NCBI RefSeq assembly: GCF_032444005.1
Contig: NC_091283.1
Coordinates: forward strand, 29,450,001-29,514,000
Direction of reading: 5' to 3'
From: Ranitomeya imitator
Taxonomy: Eukaryota
Length of the DNA stretch: 64,000 nucleotides
Shown piece after piece: positions 12,729 to 24,554 of this stretch. The notes beneath the pieces were generated by a model, which was not told where the DNA came from, ran no database searches, and saw only the letters and a list, made by a program, of their open reading frames with translations. The position numbers and the translations under genes are program-made. Each line of letters starts with the position of its first letter. Position 1 is the first letter of the stretch.

Positions 12729-13459
12729 TTGCGCGGTCACTGCTGCTCTGCCTCCTTATAGCAGCCACCTCAGAAGAGCCTTTCACTAAACTTTGAAGAC
12801 AATATCTGCCTAGTAACAGATGATGAGTATAACTGACTGCAATTCTATTGGTTGCAGCATCTAACATTGTCATTACCCAGAGACTTATCATATAATGTGT
12901 AGGGGAAGCAGGCGCAGTATGTGTGAGCATGCGCAGAATAGGGGGGGACAGGCGCAGTATATACTTTTATATACCTTGATGTTTTCTAGAATACATTTGG
13001 GGATATAATATGTGCATGCAATTCATCCATGACTCTACAGTCAGACGGACCCCAGTGATGAGTTTATAGGGGATAACTTACAAACTTGGCACAAGCCTTT
13101 TTAATAACAATGAGGTACCGGAGGGCAGAAAGGAACCAGGAGATTATTACCACAGTGTGGACTTAGAAATGCGCCCTAATGGCGGAGGAGGGAAGAGTCA
13201 GCTCTCTGCTCCACCATTTGATCACAGCAGGCACAATGATATCACTACACCGTTTCAGCTGTGGGAGGAGCATACAACACAGACTACAGCAGCTTATCAT
13301 GGGAAGGGGAATAAGTGCATCGGGGCATGTCAATGCACTTGAAATACAAAGACCATGTGGATTGACACGCCCCCAGTGCACTTCCAGCCTGATCTGCATA
13401 TGGCATTGAATCTATGCAAAAAAAAAAAAATCCAAACGTATGATGGTGCTGAAACATTT

Positions 13460-14328
13460 AGGGTATGTGCACACGATTCGGAAAACGCAGCAGTTTCCCA
13501 TTAGTTTGCATTGCAATGTAAACCTATGGGAAACAAAAAACGCTGTGCACATGCTGCAGAAAATAACGTGTGGAAACGCAGCGGTCTACATTCCGCAGCA
13601 TGTCACTTCTTTCTGCGGATTCCGCAGCGGTTTTACAGCTGCTCCTATAGAAAACCGCAGTTGTAAAGCCGCAGTGAAATCCGCTGTAAATCCACGATAA
13701 ATCTGCAGCAAAAACACAGCGTTTTTGCCCTGCAGATTTATCAGATCCGCTGCGGAAAAATCCACAGTGGACCATTATACATGTGCACATAGCCTTAGGA
13801 ATCCTTCGCTCATTCGCCTTTTTCATGTTAACAAATATAATAAATAATAATTGTGTTTTTTTATTCTGTAACATTATATAGAAGCATCTTCCCTGTTCTT
13901 TGTTAAATCCTCTAAAATAGCCAGTGAACATGTAAAAAAACCCAACATGTTAACAACAGGGTATGTGCACACGTTGCGGATTCTCTGCGGATCCGCAGCT
14001 TTTTTTGCGGTGCAGAAACGCTGCAGATCCACAATTGATTTACAGTACAATGTAAATCAATGAGAAAAAAAAATGCTGTGCACACTTTGCGGAAAATCCG
14101 CTGCAGAAACGCTGCAGTTTAAAAGAAGTAGCATGTCACTTCTTTTTTGTGAATCTGCAGCGTTTTTGTACCCATTCCATTATAGAAAACTGCAGCAAAA
14201 ACGCACAAAAAACGCTGCGGACCCACACAAAAAAAATGCAACAAATCCACAGGTGCGTTTTCTGCCAGGAGAGGTAGAATCCGCACCAGAAATTCCTAAG
14301 CCTAATCCGCAACGTGTGCACATAGCCT
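13460..14328. mobile_element. Two PIF/Harbinger-type MITEs in tandem (~13460-13795 and ~13960-14326)
   Basis: TIRs GGGTATGTGCACAC / GTGTGCACATAGCC with TWA flanks. The second element shares its TTA flank with the next MITE at 14330. Confidence 0.7.
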
Positions 14329-14329
14329 T

Positions 14330-15896
14330 AGGGTACCGTCACACTATACCATTTAGATCGCTACGACGGTACGATTCGTGACGTTCCAGCGATATCGTTA
14401 CGATATCGCTGTGTCTGACACGCAGCAGCGATCAGGGATCCTGCTGAGAATCGTACGTCGTAGCAGATCGTATGGAACTTTCTTTCATCGCTGGATCTCC
14501 CGCTGTTATCGCTAGATCGGTGTGTGTGACACCGATCTAGCGATGCGATCCAGCGATGCGTTTGCTTGTAACCAGGGTAAACATCGGGTAACTAAGCGCA
14601 GGGCCGCGCTTAGTTACCCGATGTTTACCCTGGTTACAAGCGTAAAACTAAAAAACAAACAAACAGCACATACTTACATTCTGGTGTCCGTCAGGTCCCT
14701 TGCAGTCTGCTTCCCGCACTGTGACTGCCGGCCATAAAGTGAAAGCAGAGCACAGCGGTGACGTGCTTTCACTTTCACTTTACGGCCGGCAGTCACAGTG
14801 CGGGAAGCAGACTGCAAGGGACCTGACGGACACCAGATGTAAGTATGTGCTGTTTGTTTTTTTTTAGTTTTACGCTTGTAACCAGGGTAAACATCGGGTA
14901 ACTAATCGCGGCCCTGCGCTTAGTTACCCGATGTTTACCCTGGTTACCCAGGGACCTCGGCATCGTTGGTCGCTGGAGAGCTGTCTGTGTGACAGCTCCC
15001 CAGCGACCACACTACGATTTACCTACGATCACGGCCAGGTCATATCGCTGGTCGTGATCGTAGGTAAATCGTATAGTGTGACGGTACCATTGGAGTCCTT
15101 GGTCATGAAAGGGTAACGGAGCTAAGGATACCGTCACACTATACGATTTACCTACGATCACGACCAGCGATATGACCTGGCCGTGATCGTAGGTAAATCG
15201 TAGTGTGGTCGCTGGGGAGCTGTCACACAGACAGCTCTCCAGCGACCAACGATGCCGAGGTCCCTGGGTAACCAGGGTAAACATCGGGTAACTAAGCGCA
15301 GGACCGCGCTTAGTTACCCGATGTTTACCCTGGTTACAAGCGTTAAACTAAAAAAAAACAAACAGCACATACTTACATTCTGGTGTCCGTCAGGTCCCTT
15401 GCAGTCTCTGCTTCCCGCACTGTGACTGCCGGCCGTAAAGTGAAAGTGAAAGCACAGCCGCTGTGCTCTGCTTTCACTTTACGGCCGGCAGTCACAGTGC
15501 GGGAAGCAGAGACTGCAAGGGACCTGACGGACACCAGAATGTAAGTATGGGCTGTTTGTTTTTTTTTAGTTTAACGCTTGTAACCAGGGTAAACATCGGG
15601 TAACTAAGCGCGGTCCTGCGCTTAGTTACCCGATGTTTACCCTGGTTACAAGCGAACGCATCGCTGGATCGCATCGCTAGATCGCTAGATCGGTGTCACA
15701 CACACCGATCTAGCGATGACAGCGGGAGATCCAGCGATGAAAGAAAGTTCTAAACGATCTGCTACAACGTACGATTCTCAGCAGGATCCCTGATCGCTGC
15801 TGCGTGTCAGACACAGCGATATCGTAACGATATCGCTGGAACGTCACGAATCGTACCGTCGTAGCGATCGAAATGGTATAGTGTGACGGTACCCTA
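14330..15896. mobile_element. Inverted dimer of a ~765-bp Harbinger-type MITE (14330-15088 and 15126-15896)
   Basis: TIR GGGTACCGTCACACTATA. Copy 2 is the near-exact reverse complement of copy 1; copy 2 has a TAA...TAA TSD and copy 1 has TTA...TTG; ~37-nt spacer. Confidence 0.85.
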
Positions 15897-16278
15897 AGTA
15901 AATTACTGCGAACCATGAAGTAAACCTAGTTATGAAAAGGCCTTTGAGCTGAGTCAAATCCTTCTCATCCAGCCAACCAGCACCCTCCTCTACTGACAAG
16001 ATGGGTCTCTGGCTTAGCTACAGACAGGTTCCTGGCTTAGATACAAATGGGTTTGTGGTTTAGCTACAAATCCGTTTCTTGTTTGGCCAATATCCTTAGT
16101 CATGTTGCAAGGCTCGTTAAAGGGTCAGATGACTTGTAGAATAGCAATCTCCAATAGTTAATACAAGAGTGTGAGAGAAAAAAAGCTATGGAGAACTCTT
16201 GCACTTTGCCTTTACAGTAGTTTTGGTAACTTTTGATTGTGACTGCCCTTCACAATTAAGGTAAAAAATAATACAAAA

Positions 16279-16927
16279 TGTCACGAAGTGACTGTCCTAG
16301 CGTGACCAGACGAGCGGTCATAAATCAGCGAAACACGCAAGGGTACATCGGGGACACTAACAACGGTGGGCTCTGTCGGTAGGGATCGGGGGAATGGACA
16401 CCTCCTGCACTCACCTGAGGATGTGCCCTGATCTTACTATCGTCCTTATACGGGTACTTTCACCCCATCGCCGGGCAGGATACCTAATCCCTCGCTTGCC
16501 CTGCTCTAATCCCTAGGTAGGGAGCTGGCAGGTGAGAACACTGGTCCCACTGCTGCACTAATACAACACAGGGGAAGATACAGAGGGACAAAGCAACAAA
16601 GCTTTCTCTGCTGCAATGCACCGCACATGGAGTAAAGCACCAGATACCAGTATTCAGCTGAAGAACCACTGAACCAGCAACCTCCAGTGTTCAGCACAGT
16701 TGGTACTCAAAAGGACCTGTATAACCAACAGTCAGCTGATGCATCAGGTGACCTTTTAAAGGAAGGTGGGTGTGGTCACCACCCACATCAGGAGACTAGG
16801 CAGCAATGTAATTATACCAGAGGCCACCAAGGGGAGGAAAAGCTGCATTAACCCCTGATAACCTGAAAGGAAAAAAAAATAATTTGAGAGGCCAGATCTG
16901 TCACAGATCTAAACATGGATTGTGACA
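16279..16927. mobile_element. Probable solo LTR
   Basis: TGTCAC...GTGACA terminal inverted hexamer, ~650 bp; TSD not clean (caaaa / caagg). Confidence 0.5.
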
Positions 16928-17889
16928 CAAGGACTGAATATTGGCCCAGGTGGCTCATGTACTCTAGACCGTAGGTTCTCAACCCTTCAGGTAGATGACA
17001 TGTCTCTAAGTGGAATCTATGCTGCCCAGTGTCAGATCATAACTTCAGAGGTATGTAATTTGTTTCAGTAGGAACATTGAGAAACACAAATCCAGATTAC
17101 GTGGGCCTCACGATTTATACTACTCAGCCTGCAGCATTTCTCCATCATCTGGAGGAAGGGTGGATGGCGTGAAACTAGAGACATGGCACGGGTCCACCAC
17201 ATTGGCCTTCAAGTTTCAGCATGGAGTGATTGTGGCGGTGGATTCCCGTGCGTCGGCAGGACAGTATATTGGTGAGTGGTTGCTAAATACCTTTTACATT
17301 AGAACTTAATTTCCAAGTGATTTAGTACTAGCCATGGGTGACCGATTACTTCCATAAAATGATTCCCATGCATCATTTTCCCCACAGCTACACTGAAGGT
17401 TAACAAAGTGATTGAGATAAACCCGTATCTGCTGGGCACCATGTCCAGGAGTGTGGCAGACTGTCAGTACTGGGAACGGCTTCTCGCCAAGGAGTGCAGG
17501 TGTGTTATATAATACCGATAACTGCATATTAGTGAGTATGATTATGGAACGATCGTTTGCTCAATGACACTGTCCAATAAATCAAAAACCTTTATTTCCA
17601 TTTCCTTACTCATATTTGTAAGAGCTTCTTTCCTAAGAAAGATTTTAGGAAGTTTGGGCCTAACAGTGCAGATTCCCTTCTCAAAGCGGCACTGAGAACG
17701 ACACAACACTGTCTCTGGACCAGTGACAAACTTTACTCATTCTCGAGGACCAATCACTGGAATAAAGCCTTAACATCTCAGCCTCTGGTTACATGTGCAG
17801 AAGCCACACTCTGTTCTTCACCCTCAGGTCCACACCTAGACGGTCTTGCACAATGTCCGGTCTCAACACGCATCAGTCACATTTCACTT

Positions 17890-18704
17890 AGGGTATGCGC
17901 ACACGCTGCTGATTTTGCTGTGGATTCGCAGTGGATTTCACGCTGCGGATTCGTAGCAGTTTCCCATGCGTTGTACAGTACCATGTAAACCTATGGAAAA
18001 CCAAATCCGCAGTGCACATGCTGCAGAAAAAAACGCCCTGAAACGTAGCATTATTTATTCCGCAGCATGTCAATTCTTTGTGAGGATTCCACAGCGTTTT
18101 AGGCTGTGTGCACACGATGCAGATTTGGTGCAGAATTTTCTGCATAAAATCTGCACTAAATCTGCATCTCCTGGCAGAATCCGCAGGTGCGTTTTTTATG
18201 CGTTTTTTGTGCATTTTTGATGCGTTTTTGATGCGTTTTTTGTGCACAAATCTGCACAAAAAAACACATCAAAAACGCATCAAAAACGCACAAAAAACGC
18301 ATAAAAAACGCACCTGCGGATTTCTATTATGGAGGGGTGCAGAAACGCTGCAGAACTGCACAAAAGAAGTGACATGCACTTCTTTGAAATCTGCAGCGTT
18401 TCTGCGCAGATTTTTCTGCACCATGTGCACAGCTTTTTTTTTTCACGTTGATTTACATTGTACTGTGATCACAGTGCAGTTCTGCAGCGTTTCTGCTGCA
18501 GAAAAATCTGCTGCAGTTCTGCACTAAATCTGCATCGTGTGCACATACCCTTACACCTGCTCCTCAACAGGAATCCGCAGGTGTAAAACCACAGGTGGAA
18601 TCCGCACAAAAACCGCGGTAAATCCGCAGTGCGGTTTACCTGCGGATTTTCCAAAATCAGTCAGGAAAAATCCGCAGAATAATCTGCAGCGTGTGCACAT
18701 ACCC
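17890..18704. mobile_element. Harbinger-type MITE with a second related MITE (18102-18549) nested inside
   Basis: Outer TIR tta|GGGTATGCGCACAC...GTGTGCACATACCC|tta; inner tta|GGCTGTGTGCACAC...GTGTGCACATACCC|tta. Confidence 0.75.
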
Positions 18705-20449
18705 TTACACCTCAGGCCTTTGTCTCCTGCAGTGACACATTATTCACTCACAGTACAAGCGCTCTCGGATCTTGACTCCGCACCCCTGGCCAGCTTTTCA
18801 GATGATAGTCACTTGCCTCGCTCTTGGTGTCAACACCTCTCAGGTGTCTTGTCAACCTTGCTGGAACACCACAATATGCTTAGACTTTCTCCGGCTTTCA
18901 CTCACTATGGTTGGGCAACACTCTTTACTTTTTTGTTACCGCTTACAGATTCATCTGCCAGGGGCATTCACAGAGGTAACTTAGCCATGGGCAGCACACT
19001 GTATCTGATTAATCTACCTGTCCCTAACAGCTTGCCTTTTTTGCCTCATCACATTCAGCCATTATTGTTACTTTGAGAAATAATTTGAGAATTTTGTTCA
19101 CTTCATTTCGGAATGTGTTTAAAAATTAATTTGCAATTTACTGATCATTGTATGGTTACCAAATTTTTAGCTTATTCCCACCTTCATCTTTCATGGTGGA
19201 AATAACTCCATCCAGGCTTTAACCACAGGTGGTGGGGCTACAGAAGTGGCTACCCTGTGGTCATAGGTCCCATTCATTTCTATAGCCGATCTCAGCTGTT
19301 TTTGGAAATCCATCTCCAGTGGTCGATGCCTGGATGGAGTTATTGCAGCCATAAATGGTTGAGGTGGGAATAAACCATTCATTTTTTATTGTGTTTATTT
19401 TACACATTTTGTGTCCTAATTTTATTATTCAGCATTTTTTTAACACTTCATTAGGACGTTGTAATATATTGAAATGAGTCTAGCTATGTTCGTATCTGCA
19501 CCGGAGACTTGCAGATTCCAGATTTGATAGGAGATACAGAACTGTCAAAATTACTGACCCAATGTTGGGGCAAAAGAGATCCCACTATAAGTCAATGGGG
19601 TCCTTTGTGTGCTGGAGGTTTCCTTTGACTGTTTTGGCTTTCATTATAGACAGAAGCCGCAACGCACATGTGAATAGAGGATATGTACATTTTACCTAAT
19701 ATCCACACATTCCTCTTTATATCAGGTTATACCAGCTGCGGAATAATTCCCGGATCACGGTGTCGGCAGCTTCCAAACTCCTATGTAACATGATGCTTGA
19801 GTACAGAGGTACAGGACTGAGCGTGGGCAGCATGATCTGTGGCTGGGATGAGAAGGTAATAGGCTTGGAACGATGATTAGGCTGCAGAATTGCTTCATTA
19901 CCAGTTGGCAAATGAACCAGAATTTGCAGGAGACAGAATTTAACATTACACGTCTTTCTCATGTCCCTAAATGTCCAACCGTGGTGCTCAAAAACCTCAT
20001 AGAGTGCTGTGTTCAGACTATCGGTATTTCTCTGAAGCGATTGGTATTAAATTATGGTTAAAATATACTAGACACAGCAATTTTCTTTCATGATTTCCTG
20101 AATATTCAAGAAAGCAACAGTGCGGTTCTGCCTTTCTTAGGATATCTGTGGGTGCAGAATTGTTCTGCATCTAAATGAAAAATGATAATTTTCCATCTCG
20201 ATTTTTTATTTTCGTTTATTACTGTGAGAGTAATAACCAAACAGCTCAAAATGTGCAAAGTACAATTATGACATTTCTATTAAAACCTCAGTCACCAATA
20301 TAGTAATATGGCCGTCCTTCTTCTCAATAACAATCAATAGCTCCATCCATGGAGTCTGTGGACGATCAACTTTTTGGGTAGAACCAACCACAGCCCCATA
20401 CACTTATCAGGGAGGTAACTGTTCTGCTTCACTGTTACAACACCTCCCA

Positions 20450-23400
20450 TAATACTGACGATGAGGAGCGATGGTGTGTTCCATACATAATACTGACGAT
20501 GAGGAGTGACGGTGTGTTCTACACATAATACTGACGATGAGGAGCGATGGTGTGTTCTACACATAATACTGATGATGAGGAGCGATGGTGTGTTCTGTAC
20601 ATATTACTGACGATGAGGAGCGATGGTGTGTTCTATACATAATACTGACGATGAGGAGCGATGGTGTGTTCTACGCATAATACTGACAATGAGGAGCGAT
20701 GGTGTGTTCTACACATAATACTGACAATGAGGAGTGATGGTGTGTTCTATACATAATACTGACGATGAGGAGCGATGGTGTGTTCTATACATAATACTGA
20801 CGATGAGGAGCGATGGTGTGTTCTATACATAATACTGACGAGGAGTGACGGTGTGTTCTACACATAATACTGACAATGAGGAGCGATGGTGTGTTCTATA
20901 CATAATACTGATGATGAGGAGCGATGGTGTGTTCTATATATAATACTGACAATGAGGAGCGATGGTGTGTTCTATACATAATACTGACAATGAGGAGCGA
21001 TGGTGTGTTCTACACATAATACTGACGATGAGGAGTGATGGTGTGTTCTATACATAATACTGACGATGAGGAGCGATGGTGTGTTCTGCACATAATACTG
21101 ACAATGAGGAGTGATGGTGTGTTCTATACATAATACTGACGATGAGGAGCGATGGTGTGTTCTGCACATAATACTGACGATGAGGAGTGATGGTGTGTTC
21201 TGCCCATAATACTAACAATGAGGAGTGATGGTGTGTTCTACACATAATACTGATGATGAGGAGCGATGGTGTGTTCTATATATAATACTGACGATGAGGA
21301 GCAATGGTGTGTTCTGTACATAATACTGACAATGAGGAGCGATGGTGTGTTCTGTACATAATACTGACAATGAGGAGCGATGGTGTGTTCTATATATAAT
21401 ACTGACGATGAGGAGTGTCAGTATTAGACGTGGTATATCTCGATTTTTCCAAAGCGTTTGATACCGTGCCGCACAAGAGGTTGGTACACAAAATGAGAAT
21501 GCTTGGTCTGGGGGAAAATGTGTGTAAATGGGTTAGTAACTGGCTTAGTGATAGAAAGCAGAGGGTGGTTATAAATGGTATAGTCTCTAACTGGGTCGCT
21601 GTGACCAGTGGGGTACCGCAGGGGTCAGTATTGGGACCTGTTCTCTTCAACATATTCATTAATGATCTGGTAGAAGGTTTACACAGTAAAATATCGATAT
21701 TTGCAGATGATACAAAACTATGTAAAGCAGTTAATACAAGAGAAGATAGTATTCTGCTACAGATGGATCTGGATAAGTTGGAAACTTGGGCTGAAAGGTG
21801 GCAGATGAGGTTTAACAATGATAAATGTAAGGTTATACACATGGGAAGAGGGAATCAATATCACCATTACACACTGAACGGGAAACCACTGGGTAAATCT
21901 GACAGGGAGAAGGACTTGGGGATCCTAGTTAATGATAAACTTACCTGGAGCAGCCAGTGCCAGGCAGCAGCTGCCAAGGCAAACAGGATCATGGGGTGCA
22001 TTAAAAGAGGTCTGGATACACATGATGAGAGCATTATACTGCCTCTGTACAAATCCCTAGTTAGACCGCACATGGAGTACTGTGTCCAGTTTTGGGCACC
22101 GGTGCTCAGGAAGGATATAATGGAACTAGAGAGAGTACAAAGGAGGGCAACAAAATTAATAAAGGGGATGGGAGAACTACAATACCCAGATAGATTAGCG
22201 AAATTAGGATTATTTAGTCTAGAAAAAAGACGACTGAGGGGCGATCTAATAACCATGTATAAGTATATAAGGGGACAATACAAATATCTCGCTGAGGATC
22301 TGTTTATACCAAGGAAGGTGACGGGCACAAGGGGGCATTCTTTGCGTCTGGAGGAGAGAAGGTTTTTCCACCAACATAGAAGAGGATTCTTTACTGTTAG
22401 GGCAGTGAGAATCTGGAATTGCTTGCCTGAGGAGGTGGTGATGGCGAACTCAGTCGAGGGGTTCAAGAGAGGCCTGGATGTCTTCCTGGAGCAGAACAAT
22501 ATTGTATCATACAATTATTAGGTTCTGTAGAAGGACGTAGATCTGGGTATTTATTATGATGGAATATAGGCTGAACTGGATGGACAAATGTCTTTTTTCG
22601 GCCTTACTAACTATGTTACTATGTTACTATGAGTGATGGTGTGTTCTGTACATAATACTGACGATGAGGAGCGATGGTGTGTTCTATATATAATACTGAC
22701 GATGAGGAGTGATGGTGTGTTCTGTACATAATACTGACAATGAGGAGCGATGGTGTGTTCTATATATAATACTGACGATGAGGAGCAATGGTGTGTTCTG
22801 TACATAATACTGACAATGAGGAGCGATGGTGTGTTCTATATATAATACTGACGATGAGGAGTGATGGTGTGTTCTGTACATAATACTGACGATGAGGAGC
22901 GATGGTGTGTTCTATACATAATACTGACGATGAGGAGTGATGGTGTGTTCTACACATAATACTGACAATGAGGAGTGATGGTGTGTTCTGCACATAATAC
23001 TGACAATGAGGAGCGATGGTGTGTTCTATACATAATACTGACGATGAGGAGTGATGGTGTGTTCTATACATAATGCTGACAATGAGGAGCGATGGTGTGT
23101 TCTGTACATAATACTGACGATGAGGAGCGATGGTGTGTTCTATACATAATACTGATGATGAGGAGCGATGGTGTGTTCTACACATAATACTGACGATGAG
23201 GAGTGACGGTGTGTTCTATACATAATACTGATGATGAGGAGTGACGGTGTGTTCTATACATAATACTGACAATGAGGAGCGATGGTGTGTTCTGTACATA
23301 ATACTGACGATGAGGAGTGATGGTGTGTTCTACACATAATACTGACGATGAGGAGCGATGGTGTGTTCTGCAGATAATACTGACGATGAGGAGCGATGGT

Positions 23401-24050
23401 GTGTTCTGTACATAATACTGACGATGAGGAGCGATGGTGTGTTCTACACATAATACTGACAATGAGGAGTGATGGTGTGTTCTGCACATAATACTGACAA
23501 TGAGGAGCGATGGTGTGTTCTACACATAATACTGACAATGAGGAGCAATAGTGTGTTCTATACATATTACTGACGATGAGGAGCGATGGTGTGTTCTATA
23601 CATAATGCTGACGATGTGGAGCGATGGTGTGTTCTGCAGATAATACTGACGATGAGGAGCGATGGTGTGTTCTACACATAATACTGACGATGAGGAGTGA
23701 CCGTGTGTTCTGCACATAATACTGACAATGAGGAGCAATAGTGTGTTCTATACATAATACTGACGATGAGGAGCGATGGTGTGTTCTATACATAATGCTG
23801 ACAATGTGGAGCGATGATGTGTTCTACACATAATACTGACGATGAGGAGTGACGGTGTGTTCTGCACATAATACTGACGATGAGGAGTGACGGTGTGTTC
23901 TATACATAATACTGATGATGAGGAGTGACGGTGTGTTCTACACATAATACTGACAATAAGGAGCGACGGCGTGTTCTATACATAATACTGACAATGATGA
24001 GCAGCGGTGTGTTCTGTACATAATAATGACGATGAGGAGCGGCGCTGTGT
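20450..24050. repeat. 38-bp minisatellite (cataatactgacgatgaggagcgatggtgtgttctata)n in PSMB8 intron 4, split by a CR1
   Basis: Direct tandem array on both sides of 21418-22630. Confidence 0.97.
21418..22630 (+). mobile_element. 5'-truncated CR1 LINE (RT C-terminus, uninterrupted ORF 21415-22521)
   Basis: YLDFSKAFDTVPH, GVPQGSVLGP and FADDTKL RT motifs; (ATGTTACT)n 8-bp 3' tail; GAGTG target duplication (21413-21417 / 22631-22635). Confidence 0.95.
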
Positions 24051-24554
24051 TTTGTGCATAATACCAAACATTAGAACCATTTACATTCTGTTTAACCTAC
24101 AGGGCCCTGGTTTATATTACGTGGATGAAAATGGGACAAGACTCTCCAATGACATGTTCTCCACCGGATCAGGAAGTTCCTTTGCTTATGGAGTTATGGA
24201 TAGTGGATACCGCAAAGATCTGACCCCTGAAGAGGCGTATGACCTGGGCCGCAGAGCTATCAGTTATGCCGCACACCGTGACAATTATTCCGGAGGGGTG
24301 GTGAATAGTAAGTACCTCTGCTACTGTCTGCAGATATAAAACCATAGCTCATATATAATAGGCATGTTTACTGAATATATATTTTTTCCACATTATATTT
24401 CTTCTCTTTACAAATATTTTTAGCTCCGCCAGGGTAACAGGAACTCAAGACCGCTTTTTTTGTGATTGTGGAAGAACATCATCTCCACATTTCTTGACTT
24501 TGTTGTTGACCTATTGGCCAATTAGCCATTTACATTCAGTTAGAAGGTGCAGAG

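Noticed and set aside
17000-17050. Candidate PSMB8 exon 1 (ATG...GAG|GTATGT; [17 protein letters not shown]; 77-nt intron)
   Set aside because: Phase and donor fit, but it has no resemblance to PSMB8 propeptides I know and no promoter motifs. Left unassigned pending cDNA.
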